From: Cyanobacteria bacterium auto_48_18
Lineage (GTDB): Bacteria > Cyanobacteriota > Vampirovibrionia > Obscuribacterales > Obscuribacteraceae
NCBI GenBank assembly: GCA_036170915.1
Contig: JAVHQC010000022.1
Location: 96,001-160,000, forward strand
Length of the DNA stretch: 64,000 nucleotides
Direction of reading: 5' to 3'
Numbering within the stretch: position 1 is the first letter of the stretch; every line of letters starts with the position of its first letter. The notes under the pieces were generated by a model. The model saw nothing but the letters and a program-made list of their open reading frames with translations. It searched no databases and was not told where the DNA came from. The translations under genes and the position numbers were made by a program. Below, piece by piece: positions 1 to 10,430 of the stretch.

Positions 1-832
1 GCGCAGCTGTGTCGTTAGCAGATGCCGCCGCTGCCGTGGGGCGCTTGTTAAAGAATGCCAGATAGCCGGTCCACATCACCAGGCTAAAAATTCCAATTAT
101 AGGTTCCATGGTAACCATGATGCCGCCGTGAAAAAGCACGCCGATGATGGCAGTAGCCAGCCTGGTTCTTGCAAAGCAAAGGCCCAATGCTAAATATGTT
201 TCCACCACCAGAATCATCCACGAGAAAGTTGCCCAGGCAAATATGGGCATTTTCAGAGCGGCAAATAGAGGTTTAAAGATGTCGTTGGCGGCAAAACCGT
301 CAGCAAAGAATGACGAAAAACTATAACCTTGCAAGAAATCGGGATAGGTCAATTTCTGCAACACGCCGAGCAAATAACAGCTGACAATAGCTACTTGAAT
401 CAGACGACGACTGGGAGTCTTTGCACTCTTCGAGTCGTCTAATGCCAGGGCAAGTAAGAAACAAAATGGCAGAATAACCCAGTGGAAGCAGGCAACCAGC
501 CATTCTCTAGCGCAATAGTATAAAATTACTGCCGCCATAAATAAATACAGAGTGCGACGCTGTACTCCGGCCATGAGAGCAAGGGCTGCCACCGTATAGA
601 GTGCAAAGATGATGATGTTAACCGGCTCCGGCGGTAGTGGCACCGCTAAGAAATGCCAGTTCATTAACCAGGTCGGTACGTTGTATGGCATCAGGTAAAT
701 GCCGCCGCTACCGGCATGGCTGAAGAACCAGATGAATGGCTCAATTAGAAGAGCAAGCAGACCGGTGAGCCTTGATATCAGGCCGGTGAATCCTCTGGGT
801 AAATACAACCAGTCAGCAAATTTTCCGCTCAT
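1..832 (-). CDS. HTTM-domain (vitamin K-dependent gamma-carboxylase-like) membrane protein, runs off the left edge
   Basis: Not in the ORF track. Manual translation from ATG 832 (MSGKFADWLY...) is open to position 1. It contains RRLIQVAIVSCYLLGVLQKL..DFLQG and VETYLALGLCFARTRLATAIIGVLFHGGIMVTM..IGIFSLVMWTGYLAFF, the HTTM pattern. Starts 8 bp after the DUF362 stop. Confidence 0.75.
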   Translation of the reverse strand, partial: MSGKFADWLYLPRGFTGLISRLTGLLALLIEPFIWFFSHAGSGGIYLMPYNVPTWLMNWHFLAVPLPPEPVNIIIFALYTVAALALMAGVQRRTLYLFMAAVILYYCAREWLVACFHWVILPFCFLLALALDDSKSAKTPSRRLIQVAIVSCYLLGVLQKLTYPDFLQGYSFSSFFADGFAANDIFKPLFAALKMPIFAWATFSWMILVVETYLALGLCFARTRLATAIIGVLFHGGIMVTMEPIIGIFSLVMWTGYLAFFNKRPTAAAASANDTAA

Positions 833-840
833 AAATGATT

Positions 841-1917
841 TTAGCTACCTTGCTGGGCCGCTTGTTTCAGTAGTTCACGATTGCTAAAGGTAATTGGCAT
901 GGCGTAGGCTTGAGCGATTGTGGCTACGGGCGGGCCCACCACGTCTATGTCAGCCACCTCAATATTGCCCACCACAATGCCTGCCATTTTGATGTAATCA
1001 ATTTCGTGGGGATTAATTTGCATAAGCCGTGCACAAGTAGCGTCTACGGCGGCCAAGTCTTGTCCGACAATAATGTAGCCCATGTGTTTGGCGGTGCCGT
1101 TGATAGGGCCGTCGCCTTCCATGGTGGTGATACCGTCCACAAAGGCAAAAGCTGGTTTAACTAGATGCTGTAAATCGAGAATAGAATGAGGAATGCCTTT
1201 GATGTGCAACAGATTTTTGGGCCAACCATATTTGCGGCCCGGAACTACACCGAAAAGGTTTTTCATGCTGCAAGTAACACCTACCCAGTGATGCGTCTTC
1301 AACTTTGGCACGCTTACCACCGCGTCAGCCTCAACAATTGTTTTGGGCAAGAAAAACTTTTCGAGTTTGGTAAAGCCGCCGTGATTATCAAGTTCGACAA
1401 TATCGTCGAGGTTTAGGTCGACAAAAGGCACTTCCATATCTTTACAGGCTTTGCCCAGGCCTGTGGCGTCAAGCAGATATTCGGTATCGCGCATGTGACC
1501 AGGCCCTTCGGCGACAGTTACTCTGGCGGCGCCCAGATGTCTGACTAGTTTAATAGCGGCAATAAGCACCGCCGGATTTGTCGTAACTGGCTTGCCTTCT
1601 CGATATTCCACCATATTAGGCTTGAGCACCACTGATTTATTTTTGAAATTCGGCAGTTTTAAACCAGCCAGTTCAGGCTTGATAATTTCAAAGATATCGT
1701 GCTCATATGATGGGCAAGGCAGTAAACCAACCTGTGAGCGACCCTGTCTGCGTCTGGATTTTTGCTCTGCAGTAACTGCTTCTTCGAAGCTCCGTGTTAA
1801 CTGCTGAGCAGGAGCATTGCAACTATTGAGGGCACCAGCGGTGGTTGCAGCAGCAGCGGTAGCGGCCGCAACTTTGAGAAAGTCTCTTCTGTTGATATCG
1901 TTTTGATCGTCGCTCAA
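841..1917 (-). CDS. DUF362-domain protein with Tat signal, possible lipoprotein
   Basis: N-terminal RRDFLK and LNSC; VVLKPN, TTNP, VAEG, VPKLKTH, SMKNLFG and MEGDGP motifs typical of DUF362. Confidence 0.85.
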   Translation of the reverse strand: MSDDQNDINRRDFLKVAAATAAAATTAGALNSCNAPAQQLTRSFEEAVTAEQKSRRRQGRSQVGLLPCPSYEHDIFEIIKPELAGLKLPNFKNKSVVLKPNMVEYREGKPVTTNPAVLIAAIKLVRHLGAARVTVAEGPGHMRDTEYLLDATGLGKACKDMEVPFVDLNLDDIVELDNHGGFTKLEKFFLPKTIVEADAVVSVPKLKTHHWVGVTCSMKNLFGVVPGRKYGWPKNLLHIKGIPHSILDLQHLVKPAFAFVDGITTMEGDGPINGTAKHMGYIIVGQDLAAVDATCARLMQINPHEIDYIKMAGIVVGNIEVADIDVVGPPVATIAQAYAMPITFSNRELLKQAAQQGS

Positions 1918-1927
1918 AGAGCCATAC

Positions 1928-2980
1928 CTACTTATTGCTGTTGACTGCTATTGCTTTTTTATACTTTAGTACATGGTTGGCCGGTTCGGCGGCCGCTTCA
2001 AACGCCAGAGCGGCAATGGCAGTAGGAATGAGAGCGGCATTGAAACTGCCATCGGGCGCTTGTCTTTTCAACAAAAAATGCAACTCTTGATCCACCGGCA
2101 AATCATACGCAGATAGGCTCAGGGCTGAGTATGCCACTGAAAGACTGGAGCTATCCAGTGCAGATTGTGACTGCAAATATTTCAGCGCCGCTTGCACTTT
2201 TTCCGTGCTTTTCAGGTCTTGTAAAGCCAGTAGGGCTTCGGCGGTGGTTAATCTGTAAGAGGGCAAATCGGAGCCCAGGGTGCGAGCATTGCCGTGATTC
2301 CAACCACCGTCTTTGCAAGCGTTTTCTGTAATAAATTGATTGGCAAAGCCAATAACGCGGTCATAAAGTTCACTGTCTGGTACACGGGGAAATTTCAGAG
2401 CCATCAGACAGTAAGATGTGGGCTCAATCCAGTGGAAACAACCCGGATACCATGGCCAGCCTCGGGCGTATGCTAGAGCGCCAGGGCCCCGGCCAAGCAT
2501 CAAGACCAGGCGACCAACAGCACCATAAAATTCGGTGCGGCTGTCTAATAAATGTACCAATCCGTTTTTGATCGATTTTTTTACATCAGGTTGTTCGGCT
2601 AGCTGAGCGTGTTGCTCACTGAGTAGACGCAGGGCAAGCATTGCTGGCCCTGAATTCCAATCGGAACGGCCGGCACCAGGTTCGGTGGAATCACCTCCGT
2701 CTTTATTTTGACTCCCTACTATAAAGAGAGCGGCAGATTTAGCTACAGCAGCGTCGTGCCTTAGGGCGAGAGCGGCCCAGGCTGTGGCTTCTAATGAAGG
2801 TTGACCACCAGCTTTATAAGGAAACCATCCGTATTTATGGTCGCCAGCAGGAGCGCCGACCAACCCGACTTTCTGGTTGCGACTCAGAAACGAGAGAGCT
2901 TTGGCGCGCGCAGTTGTGATTTCGCTTTGACTGGGAGCTGCCAATCGCTTGATTCCTTTTGTATAGTGTTTAAAAACCAC
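1928..2980 (-). CDS. Prenyltransferase/squalene-oxidase-repeat (alpha/alpha toroid) protein
   Basis: QW-like repeats QNKDGG, CKDGGWNHG, QAPDGSF with TAxALLAL helices; start uncertain. Confidence 0.7.
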   Translation of the reverse strand: MVFKHYTKGIKRLAAPSQSEITTARAKALSFLSRNQKVGLVGAPAGDHKYGWFPYKAGGQPSLEATAWAALALRHDAAVAKSAALFIVGSQNKDGGDSTEPGAGRSDWNSGPAMLALRLLSEQHAQLAEQPDVKKSIKNGLVHLLDSRTEFYGAVGRLVLMLGRGPGALAYARGWPWYPGCFHWIEPTSYCLMALKFPRVPDSELYDRVIGFANQFITENACKDGGWNHGNARTLGSDLPSYRLTTAEALLALQDLKSTEKVQAALKYLQSQSALDSSSLSVAYSALSLSAYDLPVDQELHFLLKRQAPDGSFNAALIPTAIAALAFEAAAEPANHVLKYKKAIAVNSNK

Positions 2981-3435
2981 TTTTAAAACTATTGTAGGTC
3001 CTGGACTGCTGATTTGAAGGCAACTCCGCCATTCAACACACAGCGTGTAAACAATCTCTTAATAATTCGACGGTGACTGGTGCACGATTTCGAAGATTTT
3101 TTGAGCAAATGTATTCTGCGATACAGAAATATCCATGGCAGGCACTAGGCAGCCGAGAGATGTCAAGCTAAGATCGAAGAGTTGGTGATGCCGAACGCCT
3201 GCGAGGCAAGCGGTGACACAGATTCCTATTCCTGGTCGGGTGTTAGATAACTGGAGTAGTGGGTAAAACCAATTCGGAGGTCGTTTTATAGAATAAGTCG
3301 ATTTCTATTTTCTTTTTAGAGTTACTAAGTCAATCAGTTTTTACGTTTTCAAGGTGTATGTTTCAGGCGACGAATCCATCCAGATTCAATGTTGCGTGTA
3401 ATATATATCCTTCGAATCCGTTGCAGGAGGTACGC

Positions 3436-3645
3436 ATGAGCGAAACAATTAACAAGTTCATTAATGACGAGTCAGGACAGGGTATTACAGAATATGGCGC
3501 CATCTTGGCATTCGTTGCCATTCTCGTAGCTGTTGTGTTCTCAATCACCCAAGGTGCATTGTCATCTGCGATTTCCAAAGCGTTCAGCGCTGTGGTCAGC
3601 CAGTTGAACGCCTTGTCAGCCGCCGCTGCATCAGCTTCATCATAA
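3436..3645 (+). CDS. flp: Flp family type IVc pilin 1
   Basis: GGAGG RBS at 3426-3430 before ATG 3436 (preferred to the track start 3358); DESG|QGITEY Flp motif followed by a hydrophobic helix. Confidence 0.93.
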   Translation: MSETINKFINDESGQGITEYGAILAFVAILVAVVFSITQGALSSAISKAFSAVVSQLNALSAAAASASS

Positions 3646-3709
3646 CTTCGTTACGATCTAGCGTGACGCTGCCGCTCTTTATGAAAGGCTGTGTCAATCA
3701 GTGATCTTG

Positions 3710-3755
3710 AAAAATGGTGGCAGGTGTTTTTCATCTGCCACCATTTTTATTTTTT
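3710..3755 (+). terminator. Rho-independent terminator after flp1, potentially bidirectional
   Basis: AAAAATGGTGGCAGGTG-TTTTT-CATCTGCCACCATTTTT stem followed by a T tract. Confidence 0.85.
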
Positions 3756-3825
3756 CGAATTCATGACATCTGGAAGCGCAGGCAAGCGCTCTTGACATGG
3801 CTTTGCCAATCTCCGGGGGGCGATT

Positions 3826-4059
3826 GTGTATTTTTCAACATTCAAAACTTGCAGCGATTTAGTTAAGAGATTTTTCAGCGACGAAGAAGCCCAGGGAATT
3901 ACAGAGTACGGGGCGATTCTGGCCTTTGTCTCTTTGCTTGTGGCCCTTACCTTCGGATTTACCAGCGGCTCTTTACTGCCTGCCCTGTCGAGCGCTTTCA
4001 AGGCTGTGGCCAGCCAGCTCAATGCTCTTGCAGACAGCGCCACTTCAGCGTCTTCATAG
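3826..4059 (+). CDS. flp: Flp family pilin 2 (paralog)
   Basis: DEEA|QGITEYGAILAFV; clearly similar to pilin 1 including the SQLNAL...SASS tail; GTG start. Confidence 0.88.
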   Translation: MYFSTFKTCSDLVKRFFSDEEAQGITEYGAILAFVSLLVALTFGFTSGSLLPALSSAFKAVASQLNALADSATSASS

Positions 4060-4075
4060 CACCAGAGATTCTGTC

Positions 4076-4114
4076 TTGCCACCATCTTGTCCTCGTGACA
4101 TGGTGGCAATTTTT
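4076..4114 (+). terminator. Rho-independent terminator after flp2
   Basis: TTGCCACCAT...ATGGTGGCAA stem followed by TTTTT. Confidence 0.7.
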
Positions 4115-4499
4115 ATCTATGTGGTGATCCGAGTTAAATTGAAAGTGGCAGAAACAGTCACTTTTACCAGACGCTCAGTGAGACTACGACTGATCATTCC
4201 TATTAACAGCTTGTAAAAAAATCGAGCGAAAGCCGCTGATTATCAGTAACCTGTACAAATGGTTTGTCAGGTGTTCTGAGTGATGTCAGGATAATACAAA
4301 ACTTGACACTTGCGCGGTTTGGCGCCCTCACCGGAAACCAAGCGCTAGGATAGCCTGTAAACTTCGAAGGTTAAATTACCGCTTCCAAGGGTACAAAATT
4401 TTTGGGTGCGGGCAAGGGCAGGCGTTGTCCTTGTTTGGCTGATGTGCGTTAATAGTAAGTGGTTAATCTTTCTCACCAGAAAGAATAGGGGGATCCGTA

Positions 4500-5459
4500 A
4501 TGAACCCATTACGAAGTTTGTTTCTACAGTTATCTCGAATGCCTCCAGCGTTAATGTTGGTGCTCATTATCGGTTTGGCTGTGCTTATTACCATGATGGT
4601 TACAAGCAACCAGACTGCTCAAGAGCAAGCTCTGAAGGCAAAAGAGTCAGACCTGATCGCTAAAATGAGCGCTAAGGGTAAAGTGGTTTATGCCATTAAG
4701 GATATTCCTGAAGGCTCTACCATTCCAGTTGAAGCTCTAGAAGAAAAGGAAATCGAGCAGGCTAAAATCCCGCAAGACGCCCTTACCTCTGCTTCACTCG
4801 CTGCTGGCCGCGTTGCCAAATACGGCATCCAGACCGGACAAATCGTTTCTCAGCATGACCTTGCACCGCAGGGAATTTCGCTGGGATTCGAAGCTAGACT
4901 GAAAGAAGGCATGAGAGCTGTTACCTTCGCGGTTGACAGTAACTCTGGTGTTGCTGGTTTCGTTACCCCTGAGAGCCACGTCGATGTAATCGCCATGGTT
5001 GGATCGGCTGGTGATACTAAAGTAGCTCCAATCCTTTCTGACGTTGAAGTTATCGCAGTAGGCCAGATGTACCAGAAAGCTCCAGGCGGCACCGCTGCTG
5101 TACCAGCTAGCTCAGTCACTGTGTCACTGTCGCCTGAAGATGCTAACAAGCTGATCAGATCGATCACCGCTTCCAAGCTCTATTTGACCTTGAGAAACGA
5201 CAAAGATCACCAACCGGTTGCAACTGTTGACGTTACTTCGCTCTTCGTTAAGCCACCAGCTCCGAAGTCTGATCTTTCGTCCTTGCCACCACCATCTGCC
5301 TTACCTCCACCCCCACTGCCCGGAGCTCCTGATGCAGGTCCGATGCCTATGGGTGGCCCTGGTATGATGCCTAACGCGGCACCACCGCCTCCACCATTGC
5401 ATGAAATTGAGATCTGGTCCGGTAGTAAGAAAGACGTTCTTTCCGTTCCAAAATCGTAA
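4500..5459 (+). CDS. cpaB: Flp pilus assembly protein CpaB/RcpC
   Basis: N-terminal TM, SAF domain (VVYAIKDIPEG), GMRAVT and GVAGFVTP..HVDVI motifs; Pro-rich tail. Confidence 0.93.
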   Translation: MNPLRSLFLQLSRMPPALMLVLIIGLAVLITMMVTSNQTAQEQALKAKESDLIAKMSAKGKVVYAIKDIPEGSTIPVEALEEKEIEQAKIPQDALTSASLAAGRVAKYGIQTGQIVSQHDLAPQGISLGFEARLKEGMRAVTFAVDSNSGVAGFVTPESHVDVIAMVGSAGDTKVAPILSDVEVIAVGQMYQKAPGGTAAVPASSVTVSLSPEDANKLIRSITASKLYLTLRNDKDHQPVATVDVTSLFVKPPAPKSDLSSLPPPSALPPPPLPGAPDAGPMPMGGPGMMPNAAPPPPPLHEIEIWSGSKKDVLSVPKS

Positions 5460-5570
5460 TTTCGTCGTATTGATGGAATATACATAAAACGTACAAAGTA
5501 CATATGGATAAAGCTAAGCTATTGGGTAAAACCTAGTTAGGGCTGTCGGCAAAGGGAGAAAGCTGAAGCT

Positions 5571-6755
5571 ATGAAACTGACCACACTGCTCGTATGTGAT
5601 GCAGGTTTGGACAAACGCCAAACCATTGAAGATCTGATTCACAGTCAACCATCGTTGGCTCTGGTCAGCACCGTCTCTGGAAGTATGGCGCGCGAACAAA
5701 TCGGCAGCTTACACCCAAAATTGGTGTGGATTGAGCTCAGTCCAGCCCCTGTGCGCGGACTTTCGTTGTTGGCAGAGTTGCGGGAAACTTTCCCGCAACT
5801 CTACTTCTTCGTTAGCTATGAAGTTCCAGACCCTGAGTTGATCCGCACTGCGTATCGACTCGGGGCTTCTGACTTCCTTGATGCAGAACGCTGGCGTACT
5901 GACCTTCCAGCCGCCGTTCAATCAATTCAGTTGAAGCATCAATCTGAATCTGTCTCTACTGCTGCCGGCAAAGTTATCGGCATCTTTAGCCCCACTGGTG
6001 GTATCGGTGCCACCACCATCTGTACGAACCTGGCTGGTTATCTCGGTAAGTATGGCGAAACTTGCATCGTCGACCTCGACTTGCAATTCGGTATGGTTTC
6101 GCATTACCTCAACCTTGAGCCTTCGTTCAGTTTGAGCACCATCGACTTTTCACACACAAACTTCGACGCTACTTATCTGCGCAACCTGATGACACGGTAC
6201 GACGATAAGTTGAGCATCCTCGCAGCACCACCGGAACTTGAAGATATCGGTGACATCTATGCTGCGCAGGTGCAGGAAATTCTCTATACCTCGAAACAGG
6301 AATTCCGTTTCACAGTTGTAGACCTGCCCAAAAACTTGCTCGATGAACGCGCTATCGCGACTCTCGACTTGGCCGACCATGTACTTGTTATCACTGAGTA
6401 CAACTGGGCAGCTATTTTGAATGCTCGCAAGTGCCTCGATACGTTCAAGGCCCACTACAACCAGGAGAAACTCCTGCTCACAGTCAACAGATCAGAATGG
6501 TTGCCCCAAGACGTTCTTAGCGAATGTCGTGCCAACTTGAACTATCCTGTTTTCCATGAGATCCCTAACGATACTAAGACTGCTAAGTGGGTTAACAACC
6601 AGGGTCAGATCGCCCCTGCGCATACTCCACTAGGTAAAGCACTCGACTCACTGGCCAGACGACTGGCTGGTGGTGAGCAACTTCTGTTGACTCAGAAAAA
6701 CGATGGCGAAAAAGCAGGATTCAAACTACCGGCGATCTTCGGCAAGAAAAAATAA
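5571..6755 (+). CDS. cpaE: CpaE/TadZ pilus localisation protein (atypical receiver + MinD/ParA-like ATPase)
   Basis: Receiver-like N-terminus, SPTGGIGATT deviant Walker A, VDLDLQFG, VVDLP. Confidence 0.9.
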   Translation: MKLTTLLVCDAGLDKRQTIEDLIHSQPSLALVSTVSGSMAREQIGSLHPKLVWIELSPAPVRGLSLLAELRETFPQLYFFVSYEVPDPELIRTAYRLGASDFLDAERWRTDLPAAVQSIQLKHQSESVSTAAGKVIGIFSPTGGIGATTICTNLAGYLGKYGETCIVDLDLQFGMVSHYLNLEPSFSLSTIDFSHTNFDATYLRNLMTRYDDKLSILAAPPELEDIGDIYAAQVQEILYTSKQEFRFTVVDLPKNLLDERAIATLDLADHVLVITEYNWAAILNARKCLDTFKAHYNQEKLLLTVNRSEWLPQDVLSECRANLNYPVFHEIPNDTKTAKWVNNQGQIAPAHTPLGKALDSLARRLAGGEQLLLTQKNDGEKAGFKLPAIFGKKK

Positions 6756-6772
6756 ATAAGGTGGGCTTCTAA

Positions 6773-8419
6773 ATGGGTGACGAAAGAAAGGATCAAAATC
6801 TACCGGCACGACCCACATCTTCACTAATGGGACAGTTAGTCCGGCAGCGGCAGGCGTCAGAAGTGGTGCCTGCTCAGCAGCAGAATACCGGTCTTCAAGG
6901 TGGAGCTCAGGGCACAGGTGTTGGAGCCAGACCAGGTTCCGGACCAGCTCCAGGGCAAAGCGGCATGGCCAGACCTGCTGGTGCAGCACCTAATACTGGT
7001 ATGTCTCAAGCGCGTCCGGGTGGTGGTGGAGTTCCTGCTACCGAAGGTCCGACACGCGGCGACATCGACAGAATCGACGCTAAAGACGAATACGGCAGTG
7101 GTGGTCATGGTGGCGGCGGCGGTGACGCAGGCCCTACCGATATTGGTGGTAAATTCTCCGCCAACCAGCAACTAATCCGCGAACGCGAAAAGTTCATCAT
7201 TGAACAACTGCGTAGAGAATTAGACACGTCTCGCTTGACGAATATTTCAGAAGATACACAAGCTCAAGTTAGAGCTCGTATCAGAGAAATCGTAAACTCA
7301 GACCCAGCTCCATTGACCATGATGGAGAAGGGTATTTTGCTGCAGAACGTCTTGGATGAAGTGTTTGGTTTCGGCCCACTTGGTCCTCTGCTTCGCGACC
7401 CAAGCGTAGGCGACATCTGCGTCAACGGTATTGGTTCAATTTACGTAGAGCGTCACGGTCGTCTTGAAAAAACAGCAGTTGTTTTTGAAAACGACAGGCA
7501 CTTAAGACAGACCATCGACAAAATCATTCAGCCTCTGGGCAGAAGACTTGATGAAAACTCACCCATGGTTGACGCCCGTCTGCCAAACGGCTCACGGGTA
7601 AACGCCACCATTCCACCGGTGTCGATTGACGGTCCTACGATCACCATTCGATGTTTCGGTACGTCCATTATGTCCCTCGGCCAATTGTGCGAGAAGGGCT
7701 CAATGAGCGTGCAGATGGCTGAAGTTCTGAAGGCCTGCGTTAAGGGCCGGATTAACTTGATCATCTCAGGTGGTACAGGTTCAGGAAAAACCACACTGCT
7801 AAACGCACTGTCTGCGCACATCAACCCTCGCGAACGCATCATCACCATTGAGGACGCGGCGGAATTACGCTTACAGCACGAGCACTGGGTACGTATGGAA
7901 ACCCGTCCGCCAAACACAGAAGGACGCGGTCAAATCACACAACGGATGTTAGTTATTAACTGCCTCCGTATGCGACCTGACCGAATCATTCTAGGAGAAT
8001 GTCGGGGAGAAGAAGCGTTCGACATGTTGCAGGCCATGAACACAGGTCACAGCGGCTCCATGACTACGATTCACTCCAACAATCCTCGGGACTGCACTAA
8101 GCGTCTAGAAAACATGATTCTGATGTGCGGTATGGAAATGCCTCAGAAAGCTGCTCGCGAACTGATCGCATCAGCCATTCAAGTTATCGTGCAAATCAGC
8201 CGTCTTGAAGACGGTACCAGGCGCGTGACTGAAATCGCTGAGATAACCGGAATGGAAGGCGACACCATCGCCATTTCAAGCATGTTCACACTAGAACGTG
8301 AAGGCCGCGACGCCAGAGGCTTCTTCAAATGCCGTCACATGGGATCTGGACTACCACCCAAATTCCTGGAACAGCTGGAGCAAGAAGCGGTTCCCTTCAA
8401 GCTCGAGTGGCTTAGATAA
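6773..8419 (+). CDS. cpaF: CpaF/TadA pilus assembly ATPase
   Basis: [24 protein letters not shown], Walker [39 protein letters not shown]. Confidence 0.96.
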   Translation: MGDERKDQNLPARPTSSLMGQLVRQRQASEVVPAQQQNTGLQGGAQGTGVGARPGSGPAPGQSGMARPAGAAPNTGMSQARPGGGGVPATEGPTRGDIDRIDAKDEYGSGGHGGGGGDAGPTDIGGKFSANQQLIREREKFIIEQLRRELDTSRLTNISEDTQAQVRARIREIVNSDPAPLTMMEKGILLQNVLDEVFGFGPLGPLLRDPSVGDICVNGIGSIYVERHGRLEKTAVVFENDRHLRQTIDKIIQPLGRRLDENSPMVDARLPNGSRVNATIPPVSIDGPTITIRCFGTSIMSLGQLCEKGSMSVQMAEVLKACVKGRINLIISGGTGSGKTTLLNALSAHINPRERIITIEDAAELRLQHEHWVRMETRPPNTEGRGQITQRMLVINCLRMRPDRIILGECRGEEAFDMLQAMNTGHSGSMTTIHSNNPRDCTKRLENMILMCGMEMPQKAARELIASAIQVIVQISRLEDGTRRVTEIAEITGMEGDTIAISSMFTLEREGRDARGFFKCRHMGSGLPPKFLEQLEQEAVPFKLEWLR

Positions 8420-8499
8420 ACCAAGATACGCAAGGACTGCTCTCATTGAAAAATGTGGGCAGTCCTATTTAGCAGTTAGAAAAGCAGAGTACGGAAAAG

Positions 8500-9432
8500 A
8501 TGAACCCAATACTATTGTGCGGATCAATAATCCTCGTCGGACTTCTTCTGATGACGCTTCTTCGTCGCAACAGCGTCGATCAGCTATCACGTCTGGCCAA
8601 GCATTCACGGCGTATGGCCGAGAAGCTGCATGATAAAGCCGACCCGGAAAGCATTTTCGTCACCCAGCGGGCTGACTACCTTTCGCGCTTGTTAGCTCAA
8701 GCTGGTAAAGAAGCCGAATACGACAAGATGAAAACTTACTGGATTTGCGCTGCCATCGGCACGGGAATTTTGTTTGCCATTGGTTTTGTGTTGGGCAATA
8801 TGGCCGAACTTTCACCGGTTGGTTTCTTCGTCGGTCTCCCTGTTGGTGCTGCTGGTTTCGTCTATTACCTGGGCGAAGTGGCCAAAAAGCGTCAGGCCAG
8901 AATGACCGAACAATTGCCGCAGATTCTAGAGACTATGGTGTCTGCGCTGAGAGCCGGTTCGCCGGTTATGGAAGTTTTCAAAGTTATTTCAGACACAGGC
9001 CCCGACCCAATTCGCGGCGAGTTCAAGCGTGGTCTTATTTCGCTGCAACTCGGTAAACCATTCAGAGACGTTATGGTTGAAATGTCTTACCGAATTAAGG
9101 CTCCCGACTTTAAGCTTTTGACCCAGGCCATTTTCATCTCGCAAGACGTGGGCGGAAACCTGGCCGACGTTGTTGCCACCATTGCCGATGCCATTCGTGA
9201 AAGATTCAAACTACGCGACTTCTTGAACGCTCTGACATCACAAGGTAAAGCTACAGCGTCATTCATCGGCTGCCTGCCTTATTTAATCACTGTGGGCACT
9301 TATTTCTTGACACCAGCTTATATGACTCCCTTTTTGAACCACCCAGTTGCTAGACTGGTAATGGTAGGTCTTGTCATCTGGGAGCTGATGGGTTTCTACA
9401 TTCTGCAAAAAATGGTGACCTTCGAGGTCTAA
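8500..9432 (+). CDS. tadB: TadB (T2SS F family) inner-membrane platform protein
   Basis: QLPQILETMVSALRAG, GGNLADVV..IADAIRER, LTSQGK; position after cpaF. Confidence 0.92.
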   Translation: MNPILLCGSIILVGLLLMTLLRRNSVDQLSRLAKHSRRMAEKLHDKADPESIFVTQRADYLSRLLAQAGKEAEYDKMKTYWICAAIGTGILFAIGFVLGNMAELSPVGFFVGLPVGAAGFVYYLGEVAKKRQARMTEQLPQILETMVSALRAGSPVMEVFKVISDTGPDPIRGEFKRGLISLQLGKPFRDVMVEMSYRIKAPDFKLLTQAIFISQDVGGNLADVVATIADAIRERFKLRDFLNALTSQGKATASFIGCLPYLITVGTYFLTPAYMTPFLNHPVARLVMVGLVIWELMGFYILQKMVTFEV

Positions 9433-9499
9433 CTTTCAGACTCAATTCCCCAACTTCCACTTCCAGTTTCATTCCACCAGTTTCAAGGACGCTTCCATC

Positions 9500-10426
9500 A
9501 TGCCAATGCCTGTTCTCGCCGTACTAGTTTTCACCTGTGTAGTGGCAAGCTGCGTACTGGTGCTCAGGCCGGTATTCGGCACTTACGTAGACAACTACGG
9601 CGTACGTATTCGCCCTCGCAAAGAAAAAGAAGACAGCGCTGCTGAGAAGCCAAAAGATTCGATTATTTTGAAACTGGCCGAGTTCGTTGGACAGTTTTCG
9701 CTTTCATTGATGCCTGCACTGGCCGACAAAAGAACAGTTCAACTGTTGAACATGGCCAATTACCGTACACCACATCACATGGCGATCTTCATCGGCGTTA
9801 AAGTGATGCTGGTTGGTACCGTTCTGGTGATGACTTTCCTTGCTGCCACCACTAACCCAATCATGTTACTGGGCGGATTGATTGGTGCCATCCCTACCTG
9901 GATTTTGCCTAACTTCTTCCTCGCCAGCCGTGTTAAACAGCGTCAAGATCAAGTTTTAAAAGAGTTGCCGATCATCATCGACTTGATGATTGTATGTGCC
10001 CAAGCCGGTCTTGGTATGATGCTCGCCATCGACAAAGTATCAAAAGAAGTGCACATGTCTTGCCCGATTTTGAGCGTCGAGTTGCAGCAACTGATTTCAG
10101 ACGTAAAAGTGTTCGCCAAATCAGTACCCCACGCACTGCGTGAGATGGGTGAAAGATGCGGCGTAGACGAATTGATCAACATGGCATCAGCCTTGATTGC
10201 AGCAGAAGCAAAAGGTGCCGACATGTCGTATCCATTGCGTCAACAAGCCTCAGCATTGAGAGACAGACTGAAGCGTAAGAAAGAAGAAGAAGCCGGTAAA
10301 GTGCCGGTCAAAATGGTTCCGGTAATCATGATCTTCGTTATGCCACTGATTCTTTGCCCCATGCTTGGACCAGCCGTTGTCACCATCTTGAACGCTGTGG
10401 GACCAATTATGGCGGGCACCAAATAA
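9500..10426 (+). CDS. tadC: TadC (T2SS F family) protein
   Basis: ELPIIIDLMIVCAQAG, LRQQA..LR, AGKVPVKMVP...LGPA. Confidence 0.92.
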   Translation: MPMPVLAVLVFTCVVASCVLVLRPVFGTYVDNYGVRIRPRKEKEDSAAEKPKDSIILKLAEFVGQFSLSLMPALADKRTVQLLNMANYRTPHHMAIFIGVKVMLVGTVLVMTFLAATTNPIMLLGGLIGAIPTWILPNFFLASRVKQRQDQVLKELPIIIDLMIVCAQAGLGMMLAIDKVSKEVHMSCPILSVELQQLISDVKVFAKSVPHALREMGERCGVDELINMASALIAAEAKGADMSYPLRQQASALRDRLKRKKEEEAGKVPVKMVPVIMIFVMPLILCPMLGPAVVTILNAVGPIMAGTK

Positions 10427-10430
10427 ACCT

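Noticed and set aside
2990..3430. Long intergenic region upstream of flp as a riboswitch or ncRNA (e.g. c-di-GMP)
   Set aside because: No recognisable conserved motif or convincing multi-stem structure by eye; needs Infernal/Rfam
4120..4499. Short hairpins (e.g. CAAGGGCA-GGCGT-TGTCCTTG) and ORF 4406..4663 upstream of cpaB
   Set aside because: Hairpins are short and could be chance; the ORF overlaps cpaB out of frame
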